NCBI GenBank assembly: GCA_965200025.1
Contig: OZ241325.1
Coordinates: 1,178,743 to 1,242,742, forward strand
DNA: 64,000 nt
Source: Bdellovibrionales bacterium
GTDB lineage: Bacteria; Bdellovibrionota; Bdellovibrionia; Bdellovibrionales; UBA1609
Direction of reading: 5' to 3'
Shown here: positions 1 to 8,545 of the stretch, one piece after another
Layout: the number at the start of each line of letters is the position of its first letter
How positions within the stretch are numbered: position 1 is the stretch's first letter
Translations under genes and position numbers: made by a program
Notes under the pieces: model-generated
What the model saw: only the letters and a program-made list of their open reading frames with translations
The model's database searches: none
Told to the model about the DNA's origin: nothing

Positions 1-76
1 TTTTTTGTTATTTTTCAAAAAACTTAAGAGAAAGATAGTGACACCCCCCTTTTACATACGATAAAAAAACAAAATT

Positions 77-1066
77 ATGCATCAAAACAACAAACCCCGT
101 AAAACCTCTCTACACGACATCTTCTTTAAGGAGGTTTATTCTCACCTCCCTTACAGCCTGGATATTTTTCGTCTTATCCTCACTCCTTTAGAATTTAAAC
201 TCTTTGACTTCAAGACTCTAAAACTGGAGCTTAACTCTTTTGTGGACAAGGAATTTAAGGAGAAGAGAATGGACCTGCTCTTTTCTGTGAAAAAGCGTGG
301 TTCAAAAAAAAGCACCCGTATTTTGTTTTTACTGGAACATAAATCCTACCAGGACGAAGGTCTTTTAAGGCAGATACTGAATTACCAGACAGGGATATAC
401 GACAAGGTAAAAGAGCCTGTGATACCTGTGGTGGTCTACCATGGAAGCAAGAGGTGGAGGGGGGTTTTGAGCTTTCATGAGTATTTGAGTGATTTTAAGG
501 GTGTTTTGAAGAAGTATTTTGGTAAGAATGTCTTGAATTTTAAGTGCCGGTTGTTAAATCTTCAGGATTTGGGCAAAAATGGGAAAAAGCTAAAAAGCTT
601 GACAAGCTACCCGGCTCTGTATATTATGAGCCATATATGGAATTTGAATGAGAGGGTTATGAGGTCCTTGTTTGTAGTCGGCAGGAAATTGTCGGTCAAG
701 GATCGTATGAGGTTGATAAAGAAGGCTGTGGATTATGTGCGTCATTACAGCCCGGGATTTAGTTGGAGGATATTGAGTGAGATAGAAGCAAAGGCCATTG
801 ATAAGGAGGAGGAAAGAGTTATGCCACCATTACAGATATCCTTGGATGAGGAAAGGTCCAAGGGCTTAAAACAAGGTCGCTTGGAAGGACTTCAAAAGGG
901 GCTTCAAAAAGGCCGTCTGGAGGGCCAACAGGAGGGCCGCAAAGAAGGCCAGAAGGAGCTGATTTTAAAGATGTTGAGCAAAAAAGCAGATCTGTCTTTT
1001 ATCTCTGAGGTAACGGGCTTGTCAGAGAGAGAGCTTAAAAAACTGAAAAACGGCTCCAAAAAATAA
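77..1066 (+). CDS. Rpn/YhgA-family recombination-promoting nuclease / putative transposase (PD-(D/E)XK), copy 1
   Basis: 329-aa ORF. Nuclease core RMDLLFSV...ILFLLEHKSYQD (D..E-x-K). Q/E/G/K-rich C-terminal repeats (GLQKG, QQEGRKEG) and a helical tail typical of Transposase_31/Rpn proteins. About 90% identical to the paralogue at 3896-4897. Confidence 0.8.
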   Translation: MHQNNKPRKTSLHDIFFKEVYSHLPYSLDIFRLILTPLEFKLFDFKTLKLELNSFVDKEFKEKRMDLLFSVKKRGSKKSTRILFLLEHKSYQDEGLLRQILNYQTGIYDKVKEPVIPVVVYHGSKRWRGVLSFHEYLSDFKGVLKKYFGKNVLNFKCRLLNLQDLGKNGKKLKSLTSYPALYIMSHIWNLNERVMRSLFVVGRKLSVKDRMRLIKKAVDYVRHYSPGFSWRILSEIEAKAIDKEEERVMPPLQISLDEERSKGLKQGRLEGLQKGLQKGRLEGQQEGRKEGQKELILKMLSKKADLSFISEVTGLSERELKKLKNGSKK

Positions 1067-1109
1067 CTACTACTGTGAAACAGGATACTTTCTCAGGAGG
1101 ACAAGCACT

Positions 1110-1331
1110 ATGGCTCTGCAAAATACCAGACTAAATCTTTCTTTGGATAAACAACTGTATAAAACAGTTAAGCAATTAGCAAAGAAAGAGAATAAATCTG
1201 TAGCAGAAATGGTAAGAAAACTTACAAGAACCGCTATTGATCAACATGAGGATTTGCTTTTGTCCATAGAAATCAAAAAGCGGGAAAACCTCTCAAAAAA
1301 AACAGTATCTCATAATGAAGCATGGAAATAG
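1110..1331 (+). CDS. Ribbon-helix-helix (CopG/RelB-like) antitoxin candidate
   Basis: 73-aa ORF with AGGAGG 9 nt upstream. The N-terminus RLNLSLDKQLYKTVKQLAKKENKSVAEMVRKLTRTAI fits an RHH pattern. It is followed by a decayed RelE/ParE-like frame. Confidence 0.5.
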   Translation: MALQNTRLNLSLDKQLYKTVKQLAKKENKSVAEMVRKLTRTAIDQHEDLLLSIEIKKRENLSKKTVSHNEAWK

Positions 1332-1335
1332 TACA

Positions 1336-1452
1336 TATAGTATTCAGTATTTGGATTATGTATCTCAAATAGATATAAAAATTTTACCAAAAATCATAAA
1401 AATTCGGATCAAGGAAGCTATTGAAAATCGTTTCCCCGGAAACAAACTCTGA
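1336..1452 (+). pseudogene. Truncated RelE/ParE-like toxin remnant
   Basis: No start codon. The frame reads YSIQYLDYVSQIDIKILPKIIKIRIKEAIENRFPGNKL*, which resembles the first third of RelE/ParE toxins and then stops. Confidence 0.35.
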
Positions 1453-1453
1453 A

Positions 1454-1479
1454 TAAAAAAAGACCTCAAATTGAGGTCT
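1454..1479 (-). terminator. Rho-independent terminator-like hairpin (minus strand)
   Basis: Perfect palindrome AGACCTCAA-A-TTGAGGTCT (1461-1479) preceded on the plus strand by an A7 run, giving a U-run after the stem on the minus strand. It lies downstream of the small minus-strand ORF at 1603-1773. Confidence 0.5.
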
Positions 1480-1602
1480 AAAGTACCAGGCAGCCTAAGT
1501 GTGCGGTTTTTCTTTATTTCCTTAACTGTACCACACAAAAAAGCAAGTCTTTTTTCTCATTCACTCATTGTGAGACAATAACACGGGGAAAGTAAAGCCT
1601 TA

Positions 1603-1773
1603 TTAAGGCAGAGCCACTTTTCCAAATTTTTCAAGAGCTTCTTTCAGGTCTTTAAAAGCTTTTTCCCAATTTTCATGAGGTGGCCCTTCTTTTTTTGTTT
1701 TATAAAAAACTGCATTGTCCAGTTTTGCAAAACTCTTTTGTAATTCAAGAACTGATTTTTGTACTTCATCCAT
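1603..1773 (-). CDS. Small hypothetical protein (56 aa, below ORF-track cutoff)
   Basis: ATG preceded by AAAGGAG plus 7 nt. Translation: MDEVQKSVLELQKSFAKLDNAVFYKTKKEGPPHENWEKAFKDLKEALEKFGKVALP. Helical, no family recognised. Confidence 0.3.
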   Translation of the reverse strand: MDEVQKSVLELQKSFAKLDNAVFYKTKKEGPPHENWEKAFKDLKEALEKFGKVALP

Positions 1774-2089
1774 TTTTTGACTCCTTTGTTAAAAGACTCC
1801 CGTTTATTCAGGAGCAAAAACCAAATATGCTGTTTTTTTACATAATTTGTCAAGATATTTTTAATAAAAACATTGATTTTTCTGCCATATTTAAAGCTGT
1901 ATGGCTTTTTTTTTGGGGACACATCTCATTCTCACACTTTTTCTTTTCTGGTGGTGGTTTGCCTGGTAAAGCTTATTTAGTTTTCCATTAAGCCACCTGA
2001 TTTTGGCCCTTTGTTCAAAAGCCACAAAAGCCACAAAACTATGCAGTGAAATAATACCTGCAATCACAAAAACTTTAAAAGAATTCACT

Positions 2090-3568
2090 TTATCCACTTT
2101 CCTTATACTCCAGCTCGGGATGAGACTCATCAGTGTCCATCCAGTCATCCACATCGTCCATGTCGTTACACTTTGATTCACCTGCACGAACATTATCATT
2201 ATCATCTTCATAATAATCACAATCACTCCCAGAAGCTCCCACAACATCCGGGTCTCCATTATCCCCCTGGCTGTCTTTAAAATCCATAAATTCCTCTACA
2301 GAATTCCACTCCCTGATAATCAGGTGAATACGATGCTTCACCTCTTCAGCCCGATCTTCACAGGAAAAAGTGATATAAGGATACCCATCACCAATTCTCT
2401 CATGGAAATCAGGTGTACCTTTTTCAGAAACAGATTCATAAAAACTTGGGGATTCAGAGTTATCTGTTACACCTTCCCAATAATTTGCTGTGACAAAACT
2501 GTTTTTTTCTGTTTTTAATCCATTTATTTTTTCTTTTCTATCCAAGACTTTTATAATAGCGGGGATCCTATAAGTATCTCTCAAACCATCGAGTGTCCTT
2601 CTTATTAAAATTGCTGGAAGACCATCTTTTGTATAATTGTCCCAGGAAACACGGCCCAAACCACCAATACATTTCCTTAAGTCCCCCCCCCAACTCCCTT
2701 CACTTGGTTTTTTTTCACCTGCATTTGCTCTGTTATAAATTTTGTACTCACCAACACAGCAGTTTTCATTATCCGGGGCATCATTAAACTCGCACAAGTG
2801 TTCTTTAACAGAACTCCTAACTATTCTGTCCGTGCCTTTTCCATAGAAACATGGTACTCTTTTCTGCTTACCTTCTTCTTCCTCATCCACACAATCAGAG
2901 TAATCGTTATGACTACAAAGGTTATACGCTTGGGCTTCTGAATCATCAGCACAAAACTTAATTTTTCTATTCGGTCCTATAATGTATTCCACTCCAGACT
3001 CCTTCAAACACGAAACAAAAGATAAACCATCTTCTTGAGATTCCTTACAAGCATCTGTACATGCATTCCCGTCAGTGAAATCTGATGGGCAATATCTGGA
3101 TACCATTTCAAATTTTGTGCGTGTAAAAACCTCTGTGGGACCTTTACCGGATGGCTGGTTATAATGCCAGTGGGTTTGAAAAGAAAGATAATCACACATC
3201 CCGGGCGGTGTATTGTATTCAAAAACCAAATCATGTAAAAATAAATCCCCTTCCAGTATATCAAACATGCAGTACATATCCTCTGTGGAAGACTCCTCAT
3301 TTTTGGATATTTTACAGTCATACCCCGGGCCACTTTTCAGCTCGTACATCTCATAATCCAGCAAATCAAAACCATGCTGCCCCCTATAAAAGGAATTAGA
3401 GATATTGACATAAAAAAACTCATTATTAGGAATTTGACGACTTTCACCATCTGCATCCGGAAGGGAAGAGAAAAGATTAGTGGAATTTAAAAAAGCTCCC
3501 CCACAGCTTGAAAGCATGTAAGGAAAAAAACCACAAACAAAAGAAATTATCAGAATCCACTTTTTCAT
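2090..3568 (-). CDS. Cys-rich lipoprotein, unknown function
   Basis: 492 aa. Lipoprotein signal MKKWILIISFVCGFFPYMLSSC (lipobox LSSC). Many Cys residues and a strongly acidic C-terminus. Contains a coding G9 tract at 2683-2691. A G9 promoter-like motif lies upstream. Confidence 0.75.
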   Translation of the reverse strand: MKKWILIISFVCGFFPYMLSSCGGAFLNSTNLFSSLPDADGESRQIPNNEFFYVNISNSFYRGQHGFDLLDYEMYELKSGPGYDCKISKNEESSTEDMYCMFDILEGDLFLHDLVFEYNTPPGMCDYLSFQTHWHYNQPSGKGPTEVFTRTKFEMVSRYCPSDFTDGNACTDACKESQEDGLSFVSCLKESGVEYIIGPNRKIKFCADDSEAQAYNLCSHNDYSDCVDEEEEGKQKRVPCFYGKGTDRIVRSSVKEHLCEFNDAPDNENCCVGEYKIYNRANAGEKKPSEGSWGGDLRKCIGGLGRVSWDNYTKDGLPAILIRRTLDGLRDTYRIPAIIKVLDRKEKINGLKTEKNSFVTANYWEGVTDNSESPSFYESVSEKGTPDFHERIGDGYPYITFSCEDRAEEVKHRIHLIIREWNSVEEFMDFKDSQGDNGDPDVVGASGSDCDYYEDDNDNVRAGESKCNDMDDVDDWMDTDESHPELEYKESG

Positions 3569-3623
3569 AAGTTTTAAGCTTTACCTTCCCTGTCATAGCT
3601 CTAAATTTCACTTTGTTTGCCAT

Positions 3624-3655
3624 TTTACCCCCCCCCATTTTTTTTCAAGCTTTTT
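3624..3655 (-). promoter_or_regulatory. G9 promoter-like motif, copy A
   Basis: Coding-strand sequence is GCTTGAAAAAAAATGGGGGGGGGTAAAATG, read as TTGAAA, a 15-nt spacer ending in G9, then TAAAAT. It sits about 60-85 nt upstream of the lipoprotein start. Confidence 0.5.
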
Positions 3656-3895
3656 ATAAAAACTGGACCTTTAACCCTGCTTTTAAAGAAGCATGAGTTT
3701 GGTTTCAATAACAGGACAAAGAACACCCACACATTTTGCTGCCTAAAATGACGAATTATATGTGCCTCTTTCTGATGCCCTGTAAGAAAGCAAAGCTTAA
3801 GATTCTATATGCTATATCATCCTTAAAATCAGAAAAAACATGTTTGAAAAAAGATAGTGACACCCCCTCCTTACATACGGTAAAAGAACAAAACC

Positions 3896-4897
3896 ATGTC
3901 TCAAAACAAAAAAGCCAAAAAAACCTCTCTACACGACATCTTCTTTAAGGAGGTCTATTCCCACCTCCCTTACAGCCTGGATATTTTTCGCCTTATCCTC
4001 ACCCCTTTAGAGTTTAAACTCTTTAATTTCAAGACTCTAAAACTGGAGCTTAACTCTTTTGTGGACAAGGAGTTTAAAGAGAAGAGAATGGACCTGCTGT
4101 TTTCTGTAAAAAGGCGTGGTTCAAAAAAAAGCACCCGTATTTTGTTTTTACTGGAACATAAGAGCTATCAGGACGAAGGTCTTTTAAGGCAGATACTGAA
4201 TTATCAGACAGGGATATACGACAAGACAAAAGAACCGGTAATACCCGTGGTGGTCTACCATGGAAGCAAGAGGTGGAGGGGGGTTTTAAGCTTCCATGAG
4301 TATTTGAGTGATTTTAGTGGGGTTTTGAGGAAGTGTTTTGGTAAGAATGTCTTGAATTTTAAGTGCCGTTTGTTAAATCTTCAGGATTTGGGCAAAAATG
4401 GGAAAAAGTTAAAGGGCTTGACAAGTTACCCGGCCCTGTATATTATGAGTCATATATGGAATTTGAATGAGGGGGTTATGAGGTCCCTGTTTGTAATCGG
4501 CAGGGGTTTAAGCTTTAAGGATCGTGTGAGGTTGATAAAGAAGGCTGTGGATTATGTGCGTCATTACAGCCCGGGATTTAGTTGGAGGATATTAAGTGAG
4601 ATAGAGGCCAGGGCCATTGATAAGGAGGAGGAGAGAGTTATGCCACCATTACAGATATCATTGGATGAGGAAAGAGCCAAGGGTTTAAAACTGGGGCTTC
4701 AAAAAGGGCTTCAGAAGGGACTTCAAAAGGGGCTTCAAAAAGGCCGTAAAGAAGGCCAGCAGGAAGGCTGGCAGAAATGTCAGCAGGAGCTGATTTTAAA
4801 GATGTTGAACAAAAAAGCAGACCTGTCTTTTATCTCTGAGGTAACGGGCTTATCCAAGCAGGAACTTAAAAAACTGAAAAACGGTTCCAAAAAATAA
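3896..4897 (+). CDS. Rpn/YhgA-family nuclease / putative transposase, copy 2
   Basis: 333 aa, about 90% identical to 77-1066. The conserved upstream region (AAAGATAGTGACACCCCC..TACATACG.TAAAA) is shared. The number of GLQKG repeats differs between the copies. Confidence 0.8.
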   Translation: MSQNKKAKKTSLHDIFFKEVYSHLPYSLDIFRLILTPLEFKLFNFKTLKLELNSFVDKEFKEKRMDLLFSVKRRGSKKSTRILFLLEHKSYQDEGLLRQILNYQTGIYDKTKEPVIPVVVYHGSKRWRGVLSFHEYLSDFSGVLRKCFGKNVLNFKCRLLNLQDLGKNGKKLKGLTSYPALYIMSHIWNLNEGVMRSLFVIGRGLSFKDRVRLIKKAVDYVRHYSPGFSWRILSEIEARAIDKEEERVMPPLQISLDEERAKGLKLGLQKGLQKGLQKGLQKGRKEGQQEGWQKCQQELILKMLNKKADLSFISEVTGLSKQELKKLKNGSKK

Positions 4898-4993
4898 TAC
4901 TTATTGCCTAAAAATCATAAAATACCCACTGTAGGCAGGGGCATACAGACCCTAACTGCTCTCATCAAGCTCTTTAAAACCAGCCAGTCTCAG

Positions 4994-5100
4994 CCCACCT
5001 CCCCACCAAAAACCCTCAAAACCACCGACCTCTGCCCGACCTCCCCACTAAAAACCCCCAAAACCGCCGACCTCTGCCCGACCTCCCCGCTAAAAATGCC
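4994..5100. repeat. ~42-bp tandem repeat, about 2.6 copies
   Basis: Units CCC(A/G)ACCTCCCCAC(C/T)AAAAACCC(T/C)CAAAACC(A/G)CCGACCTCTG are repeated head to tail. A related degenerate sequence lies at about 7085-7175. Confidence 0.6.
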
Positions 5101-5158
5101 TCTCATGTATTGAAAAACACCAAAAATCACCATAAAATGGACTTCCCCTAACGCAAAA

Positions 5159-6412
5159 ATGAGGAATAATGTGAATCCTGTTGTTATCAACCCTTTTCAG
5201 CCAGGCCAGCCAGTCCCACCTGGGGTTTTTGCAGGAAGAACACACCAGCTCAACGACATCTCCACCTGTATTTACCAAACAGCAGCTTTGAACCCTCAAA
5301 ATGTACTCATCACAGGCGAAAGAGGTATTGGAAAAACCTCCATTGCCATGTTCACAAAAGCCATAGCAAAGAAAGAAATAATATGGAAAGAGGTTTTTTT
5401 AAACGATCCCTTTTTAGTCATTCATGTCAGTGTTCAGCAAAACACTCCCTGTGAAATTGTTATTGCACAGGTAATTAAAGAGCTGAAACTTGCCATTCAC
5501 CCCTCATTAACAAACATCAAAAAATTATTTCAAAACATACTGGGAATGTTTAGTGAATTAAAACTGTTTGGCAGCGGATACACAATCAAAGACAAAATTA
5601 ATGGTTCTAAAAACAGTATTTATCTGGAGGCGGAAAAATGCATCAGAAAAACCGCACAAGCTTTAAAAGAAAACAATCAGGGTGCAAAAACTATATGCAT
5701 TATATTGGATGAGTTGGACAAAATGGGGGATTTTGACAACTTCTCCTCTTTTTGGAAAGTGGTACAGGAAAACCTGGCCTACGACAATTGCCGTAACCTG
5801 ATGCTGGTGATGGCAGGTATGCCAGACATTATTAACAAACTTTCAGAAAGTCATGAATCTTTTTTACGAATGTTTACGCCTGTTACACTCGATAAAATGC
5901 CTGATGAAGAGGCGAAAATGATTATTGAAAAAGCTCTTAAAAATGGCAAACCAAAAAGGAATGTCTCTCATGATGCCGTACAAGAGATTTTATCTTATTC
6001 TGAAAATTATCCGCATCTTATTCAGGAGTTGGCTTATTCTGCCTTTCAGGTTTGCCAGGGAGGTGAAATAACAAAACATGATGTTGAAGTGGGCCTTGAA
6101 GGAAATGAATTTTATGCAGGTTCTGTTAAAAAATTAGGACAGTTGTTTTTCAGTAAAATGTACAACACTGTCAGAAAAAACCAAAACTACAAAGAAGTTT
6201 TAAAAATTATTGCAGACTTGTCGGGTAAAGAAGACAAGTGGGTTTTAAGGAAAGATATTTTGGCAAAATCATCCAAAAAACGCACTTCATTGGGAGGTGC
6301 CATTTCGGACTTAACCAATAAAAAACTTATTGTAAAAAACCCGGATAAATCTGGTGAGTATAAAATACATTCCAAAATGTTTCAGGTTTATATTTCCAAA
6401 ATCCTTCCTTAA
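5159..6412 (+). CDS. AAA/STAND-type ATPase (Arch_ATPase/ORC-Cdc6-like) with winged-helix-like C-terminus
   Basis: 417 aa. N-terminus NPFQPGQPV..FAGR, Walker A GERGIGKTS, Walker B ICIILDELD, and a C-terminal wHTH-like tail. Confidence 0.7.
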   Translation: MRNNVNPVVINPFQPGQPVPPGVFAGRTHQLNDISTCIYQTAALNPQNVLITGERGIGKTSIAMFTKAIAKKEIIWKEVFLNDPFLVIHVSVQQNTPCEIVIAQVIKELKLAIHPSLTNIKKLFQNILGMFSELKLFGSGYTIKDKINGSKNSIYLEAEKCIRKTAQALKENNQGAKTICIILDELDKMGDFDNFSSFWKVVQENLAYDNCRNLMLVMAGMPDIINKLSESHESFLRMFTPVTLDKMPDEEAKMIIEKALKNGKPKRNVSHDAVQEILSYSENYPHLIQELAYSAFQVCQGGEITKHDVEVGLEGNEFYAGSVKKLGQLFFSKMYNTVRKNQNYKEVLKIIADLSGKEDKWVLRKDILAKSSKKRTSLGGAISDLTNKKLIVKNPDKSGEYKIHSKMFQVYISKILP

Positions 6413-6459
6413 ACATTGCACATCAAACAAATCAAATAACACCCAATCCAATGAGGAGT

Positions 6460-6930
6460 TTATTTTTCTGGGCCACAGCTACACTCATGCAAAAAAACAC
6501 TTGCGGGATGAAGTTGATACTGCACATCCGTTGTGGAGACATTAAGATGCTGCCGCATTACATAACGACAGGTTTTAAGAGCATCTTTTTGTGCCTCCTC
6601 TTCTGAAGCACCAAAACCCACGACACCCCCACTTTTTATGGCCTCACACATATAGAGTTCGTATGTAGGAAAATAGTGTTGAAAGACCGCCCGGCCCACC
6701 ACTTGTTGCTCTTTTAAGTCATTGGCCATTAAGATATTATTCACATAATTTGTACACCACGGGGCAGCCTGTCTGGCATCTTGCAAAAAAGGCTCATTGT
6801 CAATTGGCATACCACCTCTGATCCACATTTGTTCCACCTGAGCCTTGCACTGGCAACTACATCCATACTCTGAAAACGCAGTATAAGAGAAAAAAATTAT
6901 TAAAGGCAAAAAAGAATACTTGAAAATCAT
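6460..6930 (-). CDS. Secreted Cys-containing hypothetical protein
   Basis: The ORF track starts at 6993, but that region is the G9 motif. The likely start is MIFKYSFLPLIIFFSYTAFS at 6930 (or 6936), with GGAG upstream. Signal-peptide-like N-terminus. Confidence 0.55.
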   Translation of the reverse strand: MIFKYSFLPLIIFFSYTAFSEYGCSCQCKAQVEQMWIRGGMPIDNEPFLQDARQAAPWCTNYVNNILMANDLKEQQVVGRAVFQHYFPTYELYMCEAIKSGGVVGFGASEEEAQKDALKTCRYVMRQHLNVSTTDVQYQLHPASVFLHECSCGPEK

Positions 6931-6977
6931 AGCCATTGCTCCTTTTTTGAGAGTGTTTAAATTGTTTATTAAAACCA

Positions 6978-7046
6978 CTTTACCCCCCCCCATTTTTTTT
7001 CAAGCTTTTAAAAAGATAAAGACCTAAATCTGGACCTTTATCTTGA
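6978..7046 (-). promoter_or_regulatory. G9 terminator-promoter module, copy B
   Basis: Coding strand reads AAGATAAAG..CTTTATCTT hairpin plus T-run, then TTGAAA-AAAAAT-G9-TAAAGT. It lies about 50 nt upstream of the 6930 start. Confidence 0.5.
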
Positions 7047-7197
7047 TTCTCTAATAGAAAATCATGCAGGGAAAAAAAGAAGCCACAGTATCTTCACTCA
7101 AACCTCATAAAACCACCCCCTACATCCCAATCTGACCTCCAACCGACCTCTCTTCAAAACCTCACAAAACCTTCTCACCTGTTTATTGAGCTTATTT

Positions 7198-8052
7198 TTA
7201 TGGTAATGACCTGGCGGAACCTCCTGAACCATAAATCAATTCTTTAAAATTGGGGAGGTGTTTCAGCTCTTCATTATAGAGGCGGTGTACAGCAATCGGA
7301 GTGTTATATAATCCAAGCGTCTCCAGGCTAATCAAATCAGAGAAGAGACCGGGAGGAAAATAAGTTAACTTCCTCTGCCAGTTCAGCTCAATAACTCTCA
7401 AATTAGGCAGGCCGGAGAAGATACCCAAAGGCAGACTGTTTAAGACACCACCATGCAAATTAAGCTCTTCCAGGTTAGAAAGTCCGTTAAAGATATTTGC
7501 GGGCAGGTGAGTGCGTGAATACAAACCATTCATTTTAAGCTCCCGCAAGTTATGTAAGTTTGAGAAGATATTTTCAGGTAAGCCCTCAAGGTCATCATTA
7601 CCTTTAATAGAAAGAACCTCCAGAGCAACCAAATCAGAGAAGAGACCAGGAGGGAAATAAGTGAATTCATTGGAATCCAATTCTAAATTTTTCAAGTTAA
7701 ACAAGCCAGAGAAGATATCTGAAGGCAGGCTTTTTATTCCCTGAACACTCAAATTAAGTATCTCCAAAGAAAACAAGCCGGAAAAATCACCGGTTTTAAA
7801 TCCGACTCCGTATGTTTTTAATTCTGTTTCCCTATAAGCTTTGTAGAAATCCAAAACCTTTATGGCATTTAACTCCTCTTGAGTAACATCTTCACAATTT
7901 TTCTTTTCTGTTTTTTTAAGTATCTGCTCTTTAACAAAATCTGTTCTATAACAAACAGAGGTGATAACAAATTCCTCCTGGGCCAGTGCAGTAAGAGCAA
8001 AAGAAACAGTTAAAATTAAACATGTTGCTTGCATTATTATCTTTGTCTTCAT
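7198..8052 (-). CDS. Secreted leucine-rich repeat (LRR) protein
   Basis: 284 aa with a signal peptide. Tandem ~24-aa LxxLxLxxNxLxxLPxxIFSGL repeats. Confidence 0.85.
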   Translation of the reverse strand: MKTKIIMQATCLILTVSFALTALAQEEFVITSVCYRTDFVKEQILKKTEKKNCEDVTQEELNAIKVLDFYKAYRETELKTYGVGFKTGDFSGLFSLEILNLSVQGIKSLPSDIFSGLFNLKNLELDSNEFTYFPPGLFSDLVALEVLSIKGNDDLEGLPENIFSNLHNLRELKMNGLYSRTHLPANIFNGLSNLEELNLHGGVLNSLPLGIFSGLPNLRVIELNWQRKLTYFPPGLFSDLISLETLGLYNTPIAVHRLYNEELKHLPNFKELIYGSGGSARSLP

Positions 8053-8110
8053 TAAGTAAACTCCTCTGGTAAAATGATTTTTAAATGTGTTCCTCTTAAC
8101 TCATTGAAGT

Positions 8111-8179
8111 TTTACCCCCCCCCATTTTTTTTCAAGCTTTTTAAAAAGATAAAAACCTAAATCTGGACTTTCATCTTGA
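8111..8179 (-). promoter_or_regulatory. G9 terminator-promoter module, copy C
   Basis: Near-identical to copy B: hairpin AAGATAAAA..TTTCATCTT, then TTGAAA-AAAAAT-G9-TAAAAC. It lies 60-85 nt upstream of the LRR gene start at 8052 and just downstream of the DUF45 gene. Confidence 0.5.
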
Positions 8180-8200
8180 TTCGTGGGAATCCACACTTCT

Positions 8201-8545
8201 TTAAAAGAGTGAGTATTGCGGGGTTTTGTCTTCTGCTGAAAGCAATGGGTTGTTGAGCTCCCTGTCCAGCTCTTTAAAATTGGGAACATGGATACTCATT
8301 AAAGCCTGAAAAAGCCTGCCGTGGTTGGGAACCTTAAGGTGCAAAAGCTCATGCACAATCACATAAATCTGAAGCTCTTTTCTTTTAAATAACAGGCTTT
8401 GGTTGAAGCCCACCACCCCGTCTGAGGTGCAGTACCCCCATTTTTTCATCTCCTCCACCCGCACATCACAGGGAAAAACCTTAAGCCTCCTGCACCATAC
8501 TTTAACTTCTTTTTTAAAGTCTGTTATTTTCTCATCTGGTTTCAT
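8201..8545 (-). CDS. YgjP/DUF45-like zinc metallopeptidase (short form)
   Basis: 114 aa with an HExxH motif in VIVHELLHLKVPNHGRLF. The start overlaps the hsdR stop (ATGA), which is the usual position of DUF45 genes after hsdR. Confidence 0.65.
   Translation of the reverse strand: MKPDEKITDFKKEVKVWCRRLKVFPCDVRVEEMKKWGYCTSDGVVGFNQSLLFKRKELQIYVIVHELLHLKVPNHGRLFQALMSIHVPNFKELDRELNNPLLSAEDKTPQYSLF

Noticed and set aside
1644-2259. ORFs 1644-1922(-), 1680-1991(+) and 1891-2259(-)
   Set aside because: They are mutually overlapping, AT-rich, low-complexity translations with no start context. The short 56-aa minus-strand ORF with a good SD (1603-1773) is a better, though still weak, explanation for part of this region.
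4904-5299. ORFs 4904-5113(+), 4990-5190(-) and 5090-5299(-)
   Set aside because: Their sequences (PTSPLKTPKTADLC.. and the like) are translations of the 42-bp tandem repeat and of the antisense strand at the start of the AAA ATPase gene.
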